Shown: positions 1 to 10,960, counted from the first letter of the stretch. The stretch: DNA of 64,000 nt from Pararcticibacter amylolyticus (GCF_003130405.1 NZ_QEAS01000001.1:111276-175275); one strand, 5' to 3'. Made by a program: numbers and translations. Notes: generated by a model from the sequence alone, not told the origin.

Positions 1-45
1 CCGGTAAAAATGAAGGGTGGCTCTCTCTTATAGAAAAAGCCATCC

Positions 46-1095
46 ATGAATTACAGGAATTACACGACAGAAGACTTCTTAACCGATCAATCTTTCCTTA
101 ATTACTGCACAGCGGGCCGTAGAGAAGATATAGATTTCTGGGAAAAATGGATTGCTGACAATCCTGATAAAAAAGAGGCTATAGAAGAAGCGCAGTTTCT
201 GTTTCATTTATTACAGCAGGACCACCAGGACCGGCAGCAATACGGGGCCGAGTTAGCAAAGTTTAAGTCGCTGTTTAGTCACCACACCGCTAAGCGGCCC
301 TTGAGTGAGAAAATATTCAGGTTGCCTGTCCGCATTGCGGCAGCGGCGGCATGCCTGCTGCTGCTTGCTGTATTCTGGTTCCGTTACCAGGCCGCAAAGG
401 AGACCAGACTTGCTGCAAATAGCAGCAAGCAGGAAAGATCAAAAGAAAAGGCCGTTATTAAGAAGAAGATGGTGCTTCCCGACGGGTCCATTGTCACTCT
501 GAATGACAGAAGCTCCTTAGTCCTTTCAAAAAACTTCAACCAGTCCGAAAGGCGTGTATATCTGAAGGGGCAGGCATTTTTCGAGGTTGCAGAAAATAAG
601 ACAAGGCCATTTATTGTAAAGTCGGGCGATATCTCCACCACCGTCCTGGGAACCTCTTTTATGATCAGGAATTATGAAAGAGAAAGCTCCAGCAGGGTAA
701 CACTTTTAACAGGAAAAGTGAAAGTCGAGCGGTTTATTGCCGGGATCAGATCACCTCATACGATCGTTCTTACACCTAACCAGGAAGTTGTGATCAGAAA
801 AAAGCAAGACAACATACCTGAAAAACACCAGGTTGAGGTACCGGACATAGATAACTGGAAACAAAACATCCTTTCATTTAAAGACGCAGGCCTCGCTGAG
901 ATGATCGGACAGATAGAAGATTTGTACGGCGTTGAAATAAAACTCGGCAACACACCTTCTTCTGCTAAACATTTTACGGGTGAATTCCGCGACAAGAACC
1001 TTCATAGTGTACTGGAAGCCTTAAGCTTCTCTCAAAAATTCGATTATATCATTCAGAACAACGTGGTTCAAATACAATTCAAAGAAAATCAATAG
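46..1095 (+). CDS. FecR-family anti-sigma factor; its cognate ECF sigma factor is presumably upstream of the window
   Basis: 349 aa with a FecR-like cytoplasmic N-terminus, a single TM segment (RIAAAAACLLLLAVFWF) and a periplasmic C-terminal domain. A SusC-like receptor with an STN domain lies directly downstream. Confidence 0.75.
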   Translation: MNYRNYTTEDFLTDQSFLNYCTAGRREDIDFWEKWIADNPDKKEAIEEAQFLFHLLQQDHQDRQQYGAELAKFKSLFSHHTAKRPLSEKIFRLPVRIAAAAACLLLLAVFWFRYQAAKETRLAANSSKQERSKEKAVIKKKMVLPDGSIVTLNDRSSLVLSKNFNQSERRVYLKGQAFFEVAENKTRPFIVKSGDISTTVLGTSFMIRNYERESSSRVTLLTGKVKVERFIAGIRSPHTIVLTPNQEVVIRKKQDNIPEKHQVEVPDIDNWKQNILSFKDAGLAEMIGQIEDLYGVEIKLGNTPSSAKHFTGEFRDKNLHSVLEALSFSQKFDYIIQNNVVQIQFKENQ

Positions 1096-1125
1096 CATCA
1101 TAGACCCTTTAACTCACGAATCAGC

Positions 1126-4100
1126 ATGAAAATTAAACTACTACCAATTTACGCTCATGCATCCGGCCGGATCTTCCTGCTGGGACTACTACTTCTGGCA
1201 AGCTCAGTGATGGGTTCAGAAGTTAATCAAACTATCCGGATAGGATTTACCGGAGAGAAGATCATCCCCGCATTCCGGCAAATCGAATCAGTCACGCAGA
1301 TGCGGTTCTCCTACAACAGGGAAGATATTGATCAGGATAAGCGGGTAAGTATCCCTTCGAGAGAACGCACAATTACCGAGCTGCTGGATGAACTATCCGA
1401 TCAGACAGCGCTCAGCTTCAAAATTGTGGATAAAGATGTGATCGCCATAAGCAGGGCTGATCCGGGGATGTCCGAAGTACCGGTTATAAACACTCCGCCC
1501 GTTGCGGTGCGCGGAAGAGTAACGGATGATGCCGGAGTAGCCCTGCCTGGTGCAACCATAAAAGTAAAAGGTACAGCGAAAGGCGTTTCAACAGACATGA
1601 ATGGGATGTTTTCGGTCACAGCAGAACCAAACAGCATTTTGTTAGTTTCCTTTACCGGTTATATCAGTAAGGAAATACCTGTCTCATCCGGAACTTTCCT
1701 TACTGTTCATCTCTCCCCCGATACAAAACAGTTAGGTGAAGTGGTAGTGACTGCCCTGGGAGTAAAAAAAGAAAGAAAAGCATTGGGTTATTCTGTCACC
1801 CAGGTTGAAGGAGCTTCTTTAACCCAGGCAAGAGAAAACAACATGATCAATTCACTGGTGGGAAAAGTGGCAGGCCTTGATGTTGGCGCGACCTCAGGAG
1901 GCGCAGGTTCCGCCAGCAATGTCCTGATCCGGGGTGTTTCCAGTCTCGGCCAGACAAGCCAGCCTCTTTATGTCATTAACGGGATCCCAATGGAAAACAA
2001 GCCAGTTGGAATTAATAATAAAAACCCTAATGGAAATAGCGGCAGCCAATGGGATAATGCGCCTGACATGGGCGATGCCATCGGCAATATCAACCCGGAT
2101 GACATTGAAAGCATTTCAGTTTTAAAGGGAGCCGCTGCTTCTGCATTGTACGGCTACCGTGCAAAGGCTGGAGTAATCCTGATAACAACAAAGAGCGGCA
2201 AGGGAAACGAGATTGAATACAACTCCAATTATGTCGGGGAACAGGCAATGGACAGAACAAACTGGCAGTATGTTTACGGCCAGGGGGCCAATAACAGGAA
2301 ACCGGCTGATGCCAAAGAAGCCGCCACCTCCGGCGGATCCAGCTGGGGGGCTAAGCTTGACGGTTCTGACGTAGTTCAGTTCGATGGGGTATCAAGGCCC
2401 TACGCAGCACAAAGAAACAACATTGAGGACTTTTACCGCTCCGGAGGAAGCTGGACAAACACCCTCGCATTAAACAGAACATTTGACGGAGGAACAGTGC
2501 GCTTCTCCGCCAGTGCACTTGACAATAACTCTGTGGTGCCCAATTCGGGTCTCAACAGGCAGACCTTCAACCTTTCAGGAAATTTCAATCCCAGTAAACG
2601 ACTGACAGTTGAGGCGAAAGCGAACTACATCCTGGAGCAGGCTCATAACAGGCCCATGCTTTCGGATGGTGCAGGAAATGCTAACTTCAATGTCACGTTT
2701 CTTCCAACGAGCATTAATGTAAACGATCTGAAACCAGGCACGACGGCTAACGGAGCAGAACTCGTCTATAATGAAGGAAATGTTTACAACACGAACCCCT
2801 GGTTTGCTGCATACAATTTTGTGAATAACACCAACAGAAACCGCTTCCTGGGATCAGCCAGCCTGAGATACACTTTTGATAACGGGCTGTTTCTCCAGGT
2901 TAGAGGGGGACAGGACTACTATACTGATGTTTACAAAAATGTGGTACCATCAGGAACTGCGTATTATGCAGCAGGTAAAATAGCTGAACAGAATACACGG
3001 TTCTCCGACATTAATACAGACGTCCTGATAGGCAAATCATTTAAAGCTGCTGAGGATCTGACGGCAACACTAAATGCCGGTGCAAGTTACAGGAAGACGG
3101 AATCGGATCAGACCACCAACAATGGTTCAGACTATGCGATACCGTTTGTGTATAACATAAGCAATGCGACAAACAAATCTGTCACCCGAGGCGTCACCAA
3201 CATGGAGACTCAATCGCTCTACGGAAGCCTTGAAGTTGCCTACAGAAGTATGCTGTTTATAACAGGGACGGCGAGAACCGACTGGTTTTCAACGCTTGCT
3301 ACTCCCGGTAAGGACAATAAGCTTTCTACGTTCTATCCTTCGGTCAGCGGATCTTTCGTTTTTTCAGAGGTCTGGAAACCCGGCTTCCTCAATTTCGGCA
3401 AGCTGCGCACCGGAATAGCATGGGTTGGACAAGCAACGGACCCTTATAACACGCAGCTTGCATATATCATCAGAAGCGAGGCTCTCAATGGACAGCCTCT
3501 GGGTAATATATCCAACCCGGCCATTCCAAACTCTTCCCTTAAAGCTTCAAGTGCAAGCGAATTCGAGATCGGTACCGAGCTGCGGCTCCTTAACCGGTTT
3601 ACTGTCGATTTAACCTGGTACACTAAACGGTCCTGGGATGAGATTGTGAAAGTAATCTTAAGCCCTACAACAGGATATGAAGGTGCAATCCTTAATTCAG
3701 GAAAAATACAGAATAAAGGATTCGAAGCACTGGTTTCTGCTGATATTTTAAAGTCCAAAGATTTTAAATGGACTACCTCGGTAAATACCTCGTATAACGA
3801 TAACAACCTGCAATCGCTTGCATCAGGAACCAGGAGCCAGCCGTTTGCTACTTCCCGCTCAGGAGTAGGATTTATTAGCCACATCCTTAATATGCCTTTG
3901 CTGCAAGTGATGGCTTACGATTACCAGTACGATGGGAACGGGCAGATAGTACGCGGCAGCAACGGAGTTCCTGAAAGAGGCCTCCTTCAACCGTTCGGCT
4001 CGGCGATCAATAACTGGGCAGCCGGATGGAACAATGAGTTTTCATACAAAAACCTCAGGTTCAGTGCACTTATCGACGGCAAATGGGGTGGAAAAATCTT

Positions 4101-4491
4101 CTCGGCGACAGACTATTACGGGTATATTAACGGACTTCACCAGGCTACACTTGAGAACAGGGAAGGCACGTGGGGAACGGGGACAACAGTGATCAATGCC
4201 GCGACTTATTACAGCAATTATGCCAACAATGTATCGAAAGAGTTTGTGGAGGATGCAAGTTTCATCAAATTCAGGCAGCTGACACTCGGCTATGCTTTTC
4301 CTGACCGGCTTTTCAAAAACAGGATCAAGGGATTAACCCTCAGCCTTGTCGGCCGGAATCTTTTTATACTCATGAAGAAAACAGAGAACATTGATCCCGA
4401 GTCAAGCTATAACGCTACTTTTCCGGGCCTGGAATTAGGGGGACTTCCTCCTGTCCGCAGCATGGGGCTCAACCTAAGTGTAAAACTCTAG
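1126..4491 (+). CDS. SusC/RagA-family TonB-dependent outer-membrane transporter with an N-terminal STN signalling domain
   Basis: 1121 aa. It has a signal peptide, an STN-like segment, a carboxypeptidase-regulatory-like domain (GRVTDDAGVALPGATIKVKG), a plug (NVLIRGVSSLGQTSQPLYVINGIP) and a long beta-barrel ending in an aromatic C-terminus. It sits between FecR and SusD. Confidence 0.85.
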   Translation: MKIKLLPIYAHASGRIFLLGLLLLASSVMGSEVNQTIRIGFTGEKIIPAFRQIESVTQMRFSYNREDIDQDKRVSIPSRERTITELLDELSDQTALSFKIVDKDVIAISRADPGMSEVPVINTPPVAVRGRVTDDAGVALPGATIKVKGTAKGVSTDMNGMFSVTAEPNSILLVSFTGYISKEIPVSSGTFLTVHLSPDTKQLGEVVVTALGVKKERKALGYSVTQVEGASLTQARENNMINSLVGKVAGLDVGATSGGAGSASNVLIRGVSSLGQTSQPLYVINGIPMENKPVGINNKNPNGNSGSQWDNAPDMGDAIGNINPDDIESISVLKGAAASALYGYRAKAGVILITTKSGKGNEIEYNSNYVGEQAMDRTNWQYVYGQGANNRKPADAKEAATSGGSSWGAKLDGSDVVQFDGVSRPYAAQRNNIEDFYRSGGSWTNTLALNRTFDGGTVRFSASALDNNSVVPNSGLNRQTFNLSGNFNPSKRLTVEAKANYILEQAHNRPMLSDGAGNANFNVTFLPTSINVNDLKPGTTANGAELVYNEGNVYNTNPWFAAYNFVNNTNRNRFLGSASLRYTFDNGLFLQVRGGQDYYTDVYKNVVPSGTAYYAAGKIAEQNTRFSDINTDVLIGKSFKAAEDLTATLNAGASYRKTESDQTTNNGSDYAIPFVYNISNATNKSVTRGVTNMETQSLYGSLEVAYRSMLFITGTARTDWFSTLATPGKDNKLSTFYPSVSGSFVFSEVWKPGFLNFGKLRTGIAWVGQATDPYNTQLAYIIRSEALNGQPLGNISNPAIPNSSLKASSASEFEIGTELRLLNRFTVDLTWYTKRSWDEIVKVILSPTTGYEGAILNSGKIQNKGFEALVSADILKSKDFKWTTSVNTSYNDNNLQSLASGTRSQPFATSRSGVGFISHILNMPLLQVMAYDYQYDGNGQIVRGSNGVPERGLLQPFGSAINNWAAGWNNEFSYKNLRFSALIDGKWGGKIFSATDYYGYINGLHQATLENREGTWGTGTTVINAATYYSNYANNVSKEFVEDASFIKFRQLTLGYAFPDRLFKNRIKGLTLSLVGRNLFILMKKTENIDPESSYNATFPGLELGGLPPVRSMGLNLSVKL

Positions 4492-4495
4492 TATA

Positions 4496-6121
4496 ATGTC
4501 AGGATTATCAAATACCACCATCATGAAATTCAGCAATATTTATCAATATATCCTGGTCCTTTTGGCGATGTTTACGGGTGTTTCCTGTACCAAGGACTTT
4601 GAAGAAATAAATACAGACCCGATAAGCTACAGCAGCGGCAATTTTAACCCGAACTTTCTGCTTACCTCTGCTCAGCTTAACTATACAGGAAGCACCGACT
4701 TTGCTTACGACACATGGCGGGCTAATCTCATTTATTGTTCGACTATGATGCAGGGATTTTCCACTGTTATTTCTTATTGGGCGGGCGATAAATATATTCT
4801 CAATGAAGGCTATACCTCGGCTTACTGGGGAACCTCTGCAGTAGGAGCGTATACCGAACAGGTTAAACCCGTCACCGAGCTTATAGAGATAACAAAGGAC
4901 AAAGCTCAGTATAAAAATCTGCACCAGGTAGCCCGTATCTGGAGAGCAATTGTGATGGAGCGTATAACTGATCTCTACGGGGACGTGCCATATACAGACG
5001 CCGGCATGGGATATCACACTAATAATTATTATCCTAAGTACGACAGCCAGCAATCCATCTATGCCGGTTTACTCAAGGAAGTGGAAGAAGCCAGTGCAGC
5101 TCTTGGGAATGACGGCGGAACGATCACAGGGGATGCCATTTATAAAGGTGATATCGGAAAATGGAAGCGTTTTGGCTATAGCCTCCTGTTAAGAATGGCC
5201 ATGAGGCTAACTAAAGTTGATGAGAATACCGCCAAAACATTTGCACAGAAAGCTGTGGGCAACACGATGACGGGCAACGGAGACAACGCTTTTATCATAC
5301 ACGACGAATCAGGAGGCAGAGTAACCCAGAACCGGAACAGCCAGGTACTGAGAGGTGACGGAGGACAGGAACACTTTTATGTAAGATGGTCTGATACCTT
5401 TATAAACTTCCTGAAAGCGACGAATGATCCACGCCTGGGCAAAGTAGCAGTAACAAGGCTATACCCCGACGAATCGACAAAGGACAAAGACCAGAATCCA
5501 AACGCCATCTCTGCGCCATCGGCACAGAAAGGGATGCCCAATGGGAAAGATCTGAGCGGCATTGCGGCGCAGGACATCAGGCAGCATCCATCCTTTACTT
5601 CTTTTATTGATTATTCTTCTCCCAGCCCGGGAATGATCAAGAGAACAGGACCAACGTTTATCCTGACGTATGCAGAAACGGAATTCCTGCTGGCAGAAGC
5701 CGCTCAAAGATGGGCTATCGGCGGATCGGCGGCAGCACATTACCGAGAGGGTCTTAAAAATGCACTTACCTTCCTCGGCCAGTATGACGAGGCGATGGCT
5801 ATCAGCGAGACAGAAGCAGATCAATTTGCAGGCAATCACCCTTATAACGCGGCAAACGGCCTGTCGATGATCAATAATCAATACTGGGCACATACCGTTA
5901 CCATGCTGGATTTTTACGAGACATGGAGCAACTGGCGAAGAAGCGGATATCCCCAGCTTAATCCGGTAATATATCCGAATAACAATACGGGCGGAACTAT
6001 TCCGAGAAGGTTCCCCTATCCCGCGGCGGAAGCATTAACTAATGCCGATAACTACAACGCAGCCTCATCTTCCGTCACCGGTGGAGATAAATTAACCGGG
6101 CGTGTATGGTGGGATAAATAA
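4496..6121 (+). CDS. SusD/RagB-family nutrient-binding outer-membrane lipoprotein
   Basis: 541 aa with a lipoprotein-type N-terminus (LLAMFTGVSC). Its size and its position immediately after the SusC-like gene, with only a 4 bp gap, fit the family. The true start may be the internal Met at about 4523. Confidence 0.8.
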   Translation: MSGLSNTTIMKFSNIYQYILVLLAMFTGVSCTKDFEEINTDPISYSSGNFNPNFLLTSAQLNYTGSTDFAYDTWRANLIYCSTMMQGFSTVISYWAGDKYILNEGYTSAYWGTSAVGAYTEQVKPVTELIEITKDKAQYKNLHQVARIWRAIVMERITDLYGDVPYTDAGMGYHTNNYYPKYDSQQSIYAGLLKEVEEASAALGNDGGTITGDAIYKGDIGKWKRFGYSLLLRMAMRLTKVDENTAKTFAQKAVGNTMTGNGDNAFIIHDESGGRVTQNRNSQVLRGDGGQEHFYVRWSDTFINFLKATNDPRLGKVAVTRLYPDESTKDKDQNPNAISAPSAQKGMPNGKDLSGIAAQDIRQHPSFTSFIDYSSPSPGMIKRTGPTFILTYAETEFLLAEAAQRWAIGGSAAAHYREGLKNALTFLGQYDEAMAISETEADQFAGNHPYNAANGLSMINNQYWAHTVTMLDFYETWSNWRRSGYPQLNPVIYPNNNTGGTIPRRFPYPAAEALTNADNYNAASSSVTGGDKLTGRVWWDK

Positions 6122-6128
6122 CATGAAA

Positions 6129-6175
6129 TTAACGGACGACGCTGTCGTCGTCCGTTAATCTTCCCTTTTCCTTAT
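6129..6175 (+). terminator. Rho-independent terminator downstream of the SusD-like gene
   Basis: A perfect 13 bp inverted repeat TTAACGGACGACG / CGTCGTCCGTTAA (6129..6158) with a 4 nt loop, followed by a T-rich tract. Confidence 0.6.
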
Positions 6176-6278
6176 CTGTATTTTTCCTCCGCTTATCTCC
6201 GCTTTCCGTCCTCTTGTCAGGAAAACCTTCGGATAAACCTGGTGCAGATGCATCTTCGTTCAGCATTCGCACAATACG

Positions 6279-8387
6279 ATGAAACACTATTTACTTGCAA
6301 CGTTGATCCTCTTTACCGCATTCCGCGGGTTCTCACAAGCTATCATATCCGGCACTATAAAGAATCAGAAAGGCCAGCCCATTAAACAGGCCAATATCAT
6401 ACTCAAAAACACGTATGACGGTGCCACTTCCGACAGCACCGGGAAATTCTTGTTCAGCACAGAAGAGAAAGGAGCGTTTATCTTACTCTACTCTGCAACC
6501 GGCTACCAGGACGATAGCGTGAAATTACAACTCGACGGCAAAGCGGTAAACCTCAGCGTTCTGATGAGGAAGAAAGTGAATGAACTCGACGCCGTTACGA
6601 TCACCGCCGGAACATTCGAAACCGGGGATAAAAAGCGGGGAACCATCCTGAGTTCGCTGGACGTTGCAACAACTGCCGGCTCCAATGCCGACATCATCAG
6701 TGCCCTGCAAACTCTGCCGGGAGCACAGACCTCCTTTACTGAAAGCGGGCTGTTTGTGAGAGGAGGATCAGCAGCGGAAACAAAAACGTTCTTTGATGGC
6801 ATGCTGATTAAGAATCCTTTTAACACCCAAGTGCCCGATCAGGCATCGAGGGGAAGATTCTCTCCTTTCCTGTTCAAAGGCACCTCTTTTTCTGCCGGCG
6901 GCTACTCCGCATTATACGGGCAGGCCCTCTCGTCTGCTCTGCTTCTTGAAAGCAAAGACCTGCCCGAGAAAACCACTACCGGACTTTCTTTACTGTCCGT
7001 TGGTGCCGGCGTAGATCAGAACATCCGCTTTAAGAACAGCGCGCTAACTACAGGTGGATTCTATTATAATCTGAAACCTGCCTTTTCAGTGATCAAACAA
7101 GACCGGGATTGGGATAAGGAGCCGGAACAGTACGGAGCAACGCTGCAGTACAAGCTAAAGACATCGGATACCGGCATGTTCAAATGGTATAGCGATTTCA
7201 GCAGAACATCCCTTGGGCTTAATGTGACTGATACAGAAAACCCTCAGGAGACAGACTATTTCAGTAATACCAACAAAAACACGTACATCAATACCTCCTA
7301 CCAGGACTACCTGGCAAAGAGCTGGAAGATCCAGGCAGGACTTGCGTTCAGCAATACCTCCGATGACGGTTTGCAAAAAGAAGACCGGTACAACCGGACG
7401 GACCGGGTTTTCCAGGGAAGACTGGTAGCAACACACTACCTTTCCTCTCTCTCAAATATCAAATTCGGAGCAGAAAGCTTTGCTTTTAAAAGAGCGGAAG
7501 AGATGAACCAGCTTTCCCGGCAGTACAAAGACCAGTTAACGGCGGCTTTTTCTGAAGCTGAAATATTCATCACACCTAACCTGGCAACAAGGGTTGGTTT
7601 AAGATCTGAATATTCTTCCTGGCTGGATGAGTATAACATCGCACCGAGGGCATCTGTGGGTTACAGGACAGGTTCGTTCAGCCAGGTCTCTCTCGCATAC
7701 GGCAAATTTTATCAGAATCCTGAAGATGATTACCTCATTATGCAGCCTCTGGATTTCGAAAAAGCAGATCATTACATTCTGAACTACCAGTACAGCAACT
7801 CTGATTATACCTTCCGTGCCGAAGCTTATTATAAAGATTATTCCAGGCTTACGAGGGATTTTGACGGACAGCTCAGTAATACCGGGAACGGCTATGCAAG
7901 AGGTGCTGAGTTGTTCTGGAGGGACAGGAAAAGTATCCGGAACGCCGATTACTGGATCTCTTATTCTTTTCTTGATACCAGGCGGATCTTCGGTACTTAC
8001 CCAAGCAGGGCAGTGCCTCCTTTTGCTGCCAAACATACCTTAAATGTGGTTTACAAGCAATTCTTTGAAAAGCTGAACTCGCAAATAAGCTCTACGTACA
8101 CGTTCGCTACCGGCAGAACATACGTTAATCCCGCAAATCCGGTTTACCTGGGGGATAAAACGGGCAACTTCAACAATCTCAGTCTCAATGTCAGCTATCT
8201 TACTCATATACTGAAACAATTTACAGTGGTGTACCTGTCGGCGACCAACGTTCCGGGATTCAACAATGTTTACGGCTATCACTATTCACGGGACGGTCAG
8301 TTCAGACAAGCCATCCAACCGGCCGCTCAACGCGACTTTTTCATCGGATTACTGATGACCATCGGCGACAACACCTTTGTACGTTAA
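6279..8387 (+). CDS. TonB-dependent receptor (carboxypeptidase-regulatory-like domain, plug and barrel)
   Basis: 702 aa with a signal peptide. It has an N-terminal CarboxypepD_reg-like segment (ISGTIKNQKGQPIKQANIIL) and plug-like motifs (DAVTITAG, FVRGG). The C-terminus ends in F-V-R. Confidence 0.7.
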   Translation: MKHYLLATLILFTAFRGFSQAIISGTIKNQKGQPIKQANIILKNTYDGATSDSTGKFLFSTEEKGAFILLYSATGYQDDSVKLQLDGKAVNLSVLMRKKVNELDAVTITAGTFETGDKKRGTILSSLDVATTAGSNADIISALQTLPGAQTSFTESGLFVRGGSAAETKTFFDGMLIKNPFNTQVPDQASRGRFSPFLFKGTSFSAGGYSALYGQALSSALLLESKDLPEKTTTGLSLLSVGAGVDQNIRFKNSALTTGGFYYNLKPAFSVIKQDRDWDKEPEQYGATLQYKLKTSDTGMFKWYSDFSRTSLGLNVTDTENPQETDYFSNTNKNTYINTSYQDYLAKSWKIQAGLAFSNTSDDGLQKEDRYNRTDRVFQGRLVATHYLSSLSNIKFGAESFAFKRAEEMNQLSRQYKDQLTAAFSEAEIFITPNLATRVGLRSEYSSWLDEYNIAPRASVGYRTGSFSQVSLAYGKFYQNPEDDYLIMQPLDFEKADHYILNYQYSNSDYTFRAEAYYKDYSRLTRDFDGQLSNTGNGYARGAELFWRDRKSIRNADYWISYSFLDTRRIFGTYPSRAVPPFAAKHTLNVVYKQFFEKLNSQISSTYTFATGRTYVNPANPVYLGDKTGNFNNLSLNVSYLTHILKQFTVVYLSATNVPGFNNVYGYHYSRDGQFRQAIQPAAQRDFFIGLLMTIGDNTFVR

Positions 8388-8398
8388 AAGCAATTTAC

Positions 8399-9061
8399 AT
8401 GAACCAAATAATTAAAAAGAACATGAAACTCATCCAACTCAACACCATCGTCCTGCTTCTCTTTGTATCGTTTACTTCGTTCGCACAGTCTGAAAAGTAC
8501 CAGCTGGCGATGGGCAAAGGCCTGCAACTGCTTCAGTCGGCAAAAAGCCCCGATGAGTTCGCCGCAGCCGCAAATCATTTTGAGAGGATTGCCAGGGCAG
8601 AAAACACACAATGGATGCCATCGTATTATGCCTCTTACTGTAATCTCATTGCAGGCATTACAGGAAAGAAGGAAAATATGGATCCTCTTCTCGACAAAGC
8701 GCTGGATCAGATTGCGAAAGCAGACTCGCTTTCCGCCGGGAACAGCGAGATCTATACAGTCAGGGGCTACATTGAGTTTATGAAAATGTCCATCGACCCT
8801 ATGAACAGGATGTCTTTCATGAAAAGCGCTGCCGCCTCCTTAGACAAAGCGATAGCTCTGAACCCCGAGAACCCCAGGCCTTACCTGGTGAAAGGACAAA
8901 ACATATTTTACACCCCTGCTGCATTCGGCGGAGGCAAAGAAGCTGCAAAACCACTCCTGGAAAAAGCAGCTACAAAATTCAGTACCTTTAAACCGGATAG
9001 CAGCATGGCTCCAAACTGGGGTAAAGAAAGAAATAACGAACTGCTTGCACAGTGCAAATAA
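8399..9061 (+). CDS. Hypothetical secreted protein or lipoprotein
   Basis: 220 aa with a signal peptide (LLLFVSFTSFAQS) and an alpha-helical, TPR-like composition. It is co-directional with and adjacent to the TonB receptor and the LytS-type kinase. Confidence 0.45.
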   Translation: MNQIIKKNMKLIQLNTIVLLLFVSFTSFAQSEKYQLAMGKGLQLLQSAKSPDEFAAAANHFERIARAENTQWMPSYYASYCNLIAGITGKKENMDPLLDKALDQIAKADSLSAGNSEIYTVRGYIEFMKMSIDPMNRMSFMKSAAASLDKAIALNPENPRPYLVKGQNIFYTPAAFGGGKEAAKPLLEKAATKFSTFKPDSSMAPNWGKERNNELLAQCK

Positions 9062-9076
9062 TATATTTTATAAGAA

Positions 9077-10141
9077 ATGCGTGAAAGAGGGGCTAAATAC
9101 ACCCATAAGGGCTGGCTCATAACCAATGTTAACAATCTGTTAGGGGGGATTGTAATTGGCGTCCTGATATCTCTTTTTATTTCTGCGCTGAGGGGGAAGC
9201 TTGTAGAGCCGAGAATGTTCTTTTCGACTATAATTTTTAGTGTAATGATCTCGCTCTGCGTGATGAACGCGATCCTGATTGCGCAGTCCCTCCTGAAGCT
9301 AAGGTATGACAGAATATCTTTCATCATCGTCTTTTATGTCGCCTGCCTGCTGGGTATGGCAGCAGGAACGGAACTGTCCTTCTTCATTCTTTCGTTCACA
9401 CACGGAGTCCCGTACTATTTCTTTCATCCCCAGGACATGCTCTTCAGTGCCCTGGTTGTGATCATTATCTGCACCATCAGGTTTGTTCATCATTCGCAAA
9501 GAGCCTCCCTGCAGAACCAGATCAAACAAAAGGAGCTGGACATGATGCGCCTGACCCAGCTTAAAACGCAGGCAGAGCTCGCAACTCTCCACGCCAGGAT
9601 CAACCCTCATTTCCTGTACAATGCTCTTAATTCAATAGCGAGCCTGATTCATCACGACCCCGATAAAGCGGAGTCCATGACACTCAAACTATCTAAGCTT
9701 TTCCGGTATAGTATCAACCATAACAGCGAAGATATGGTGCAGATCAGGGATGAGATGGAGACAGGAATTACGTACCTGGATATTGAGAAAATACGTTTCG
9801 GCGACAGGATAAACTTCAACCTGGATGTCGATGACGAGCTTATGAACGCCAGAATCCCCCGTTTTCTCATTCAGCCTCTCGTAGAAAACGCATTAAAACA
9901 TGGGTTAAAGAATACAGCAGAAAAGGGTGAGCTCACTATCCGGATCCGGCGGCAAGGTGAGTCTGTTGAGATCGCAGTTGCCGACAACGGCACGCCTTTT
10001 CCCGATGAACTGCAAACCGGGTACGGACTGCAGAGTACTTACGACAAGCTTTCACTGTTATATGGCGATAACTACCAGGTATCTATCACCAATGAGCCGG
10101 TAAAGCAGATTAAGATCCTGATTCCTCTCCGATATGAGTAA
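9077..10141 (+). CDS. LytS/YehU-family sensor histidine kinase (His_kinase PF06580 type)
   Basis: The N-terminus is multi-TM, followed by the HARINPHFLYNALNSIASLI motif and a C-terminal HATPase domain. It overlaps the downstream LytTR regulator by 8 bp. Confidence 0.8.
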   Translation: MRERGAKYTHKGWLITNVNNLLGGIVIGVLISLFISALRGKLVEPRMFFSTIIFSVMISLCVMNAILIAQSLLKLRYDRISFIIVFYVACLLGMAAGTELSFFILSFTHGVPYYFFHPQDMLFSALVVIIICTIRFVHHSQRASLQNQIKQKELDMMRLTQLKTQAELATLHARINPHFLYNALNSIASLIHHDPDKAESMTLKLSKLFRYSINHNSEDMVQIRDEMETGITYLDIEKIRFGDRINFNLDVDDELMNARIPRFLIQPLVENALKHGLKNTAEKGELTIRIRRQGESVEIAVADNGTPFPDELQTGYGLQSTYDKLSLLYGDNYQVSITNEPVKQIKILIPLRYE

Positions 10142-10892
10142 GAAATATAAAACCGTTATTATTGATGACGAAGAGCTGGCAAGGCTCAGGTTAATCCGGC
10201 TCCTTAAAAACTACAGCGACACCGTGGAGATCATAGGTGAAGCAGTTAACGGGGAAGACGGATTAAAAAAAATTGAAGATCTCAGGCCTGACCTGATCTT
10301 CCTGGATATTGAAATGCCGGTATACAACGGGTTTGAAATGCTCTCAAGGTTAAAACATTCGCCTCGGGTGATCTTTACAACAGCCTATGACCAGTATGCG
10401 ATAAAAGCTTTTGAAGAAGATTCCATTGACTACCTTCTCAAACCTGTGGAGATGGAGCGGCTGGAACTTACCATTAAGAAGCTTGAAAAGATAAGTAAGC
10501 CGGAAGAAATAAGCCTTCCCATTGAATCGCTTCTGAGGCAGCTAAACGTCAAAAAAGACCGGAAAACACTCACTGTAAAGATCGGGGACCGGATACTTTT
10601 GGTTAAACCGGAGGAGATAGCCTATATACAGGCGGAAGACAAGTACGTATTCCTTTGCTGCGTCGACGGAAAAAAGCATCTCACTGATTTTACAGTTACA
10701 AGTCTTGAAGAGAAGCTACCGGATACTTTCATCAGGATCAACCGGAGTACCCTGATCAACACAGATCAGATCTCGGAAATCCGGAAAGGTTTTAATGGTT
10801 CGCTGATCTTCGTCATGAAAGACAAAGAAAAGATGAAGCTCAGCTCAAGCCGACGGTACGGGGAAGTGTTAAGAGAACATTTTGATATTTAG
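10134..10892 (+). CDS. LytTR-family response regulator
   Basis: A receiver domain (VIIDDEELAR ... DLIFLDIEMP) followed by a C-terminal LytTR DNA-binding domain. Confidence 0.85.
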   Translation: MSKKYKTVIIDDEELARLRLIRLLKNYSDTVEIIGEAVNGEDGLKKIEDLRPDLIFLDIEMPVYNGFEMLSRLKHSPRVIFTTAYDQYAIKAFEEDSIDYLLKPVEMERLELTIKKLEKISKPEEISLPIESLLRQLNVKKDRKTLTVKIGDRILLVKPEEIAYIQAEDKYVFLCCVDGKKHLTDFTVTSLEEKLPDTFIRINRSTLINTDQISEIRKGFNGSLIFVMKDKEKMKLSSSRRYGEVLREHFDI

Positions 10893-10960
10893 CTGTCTTT
10901 CAACAATTACGTATCTTTGTACAGTTACGAAGCAGTATACAACCACAATTTGAGAAGGTT

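Noticed and set aside
6122-6278. A cobalamin or other riboswitch ahead of the TonB-dependent receptor at 6279
   Set aside because: No B12-box-like GCCACTG or other recognisable riboswitch core was seen. The region is dominated by the upstream terminator hairpin.
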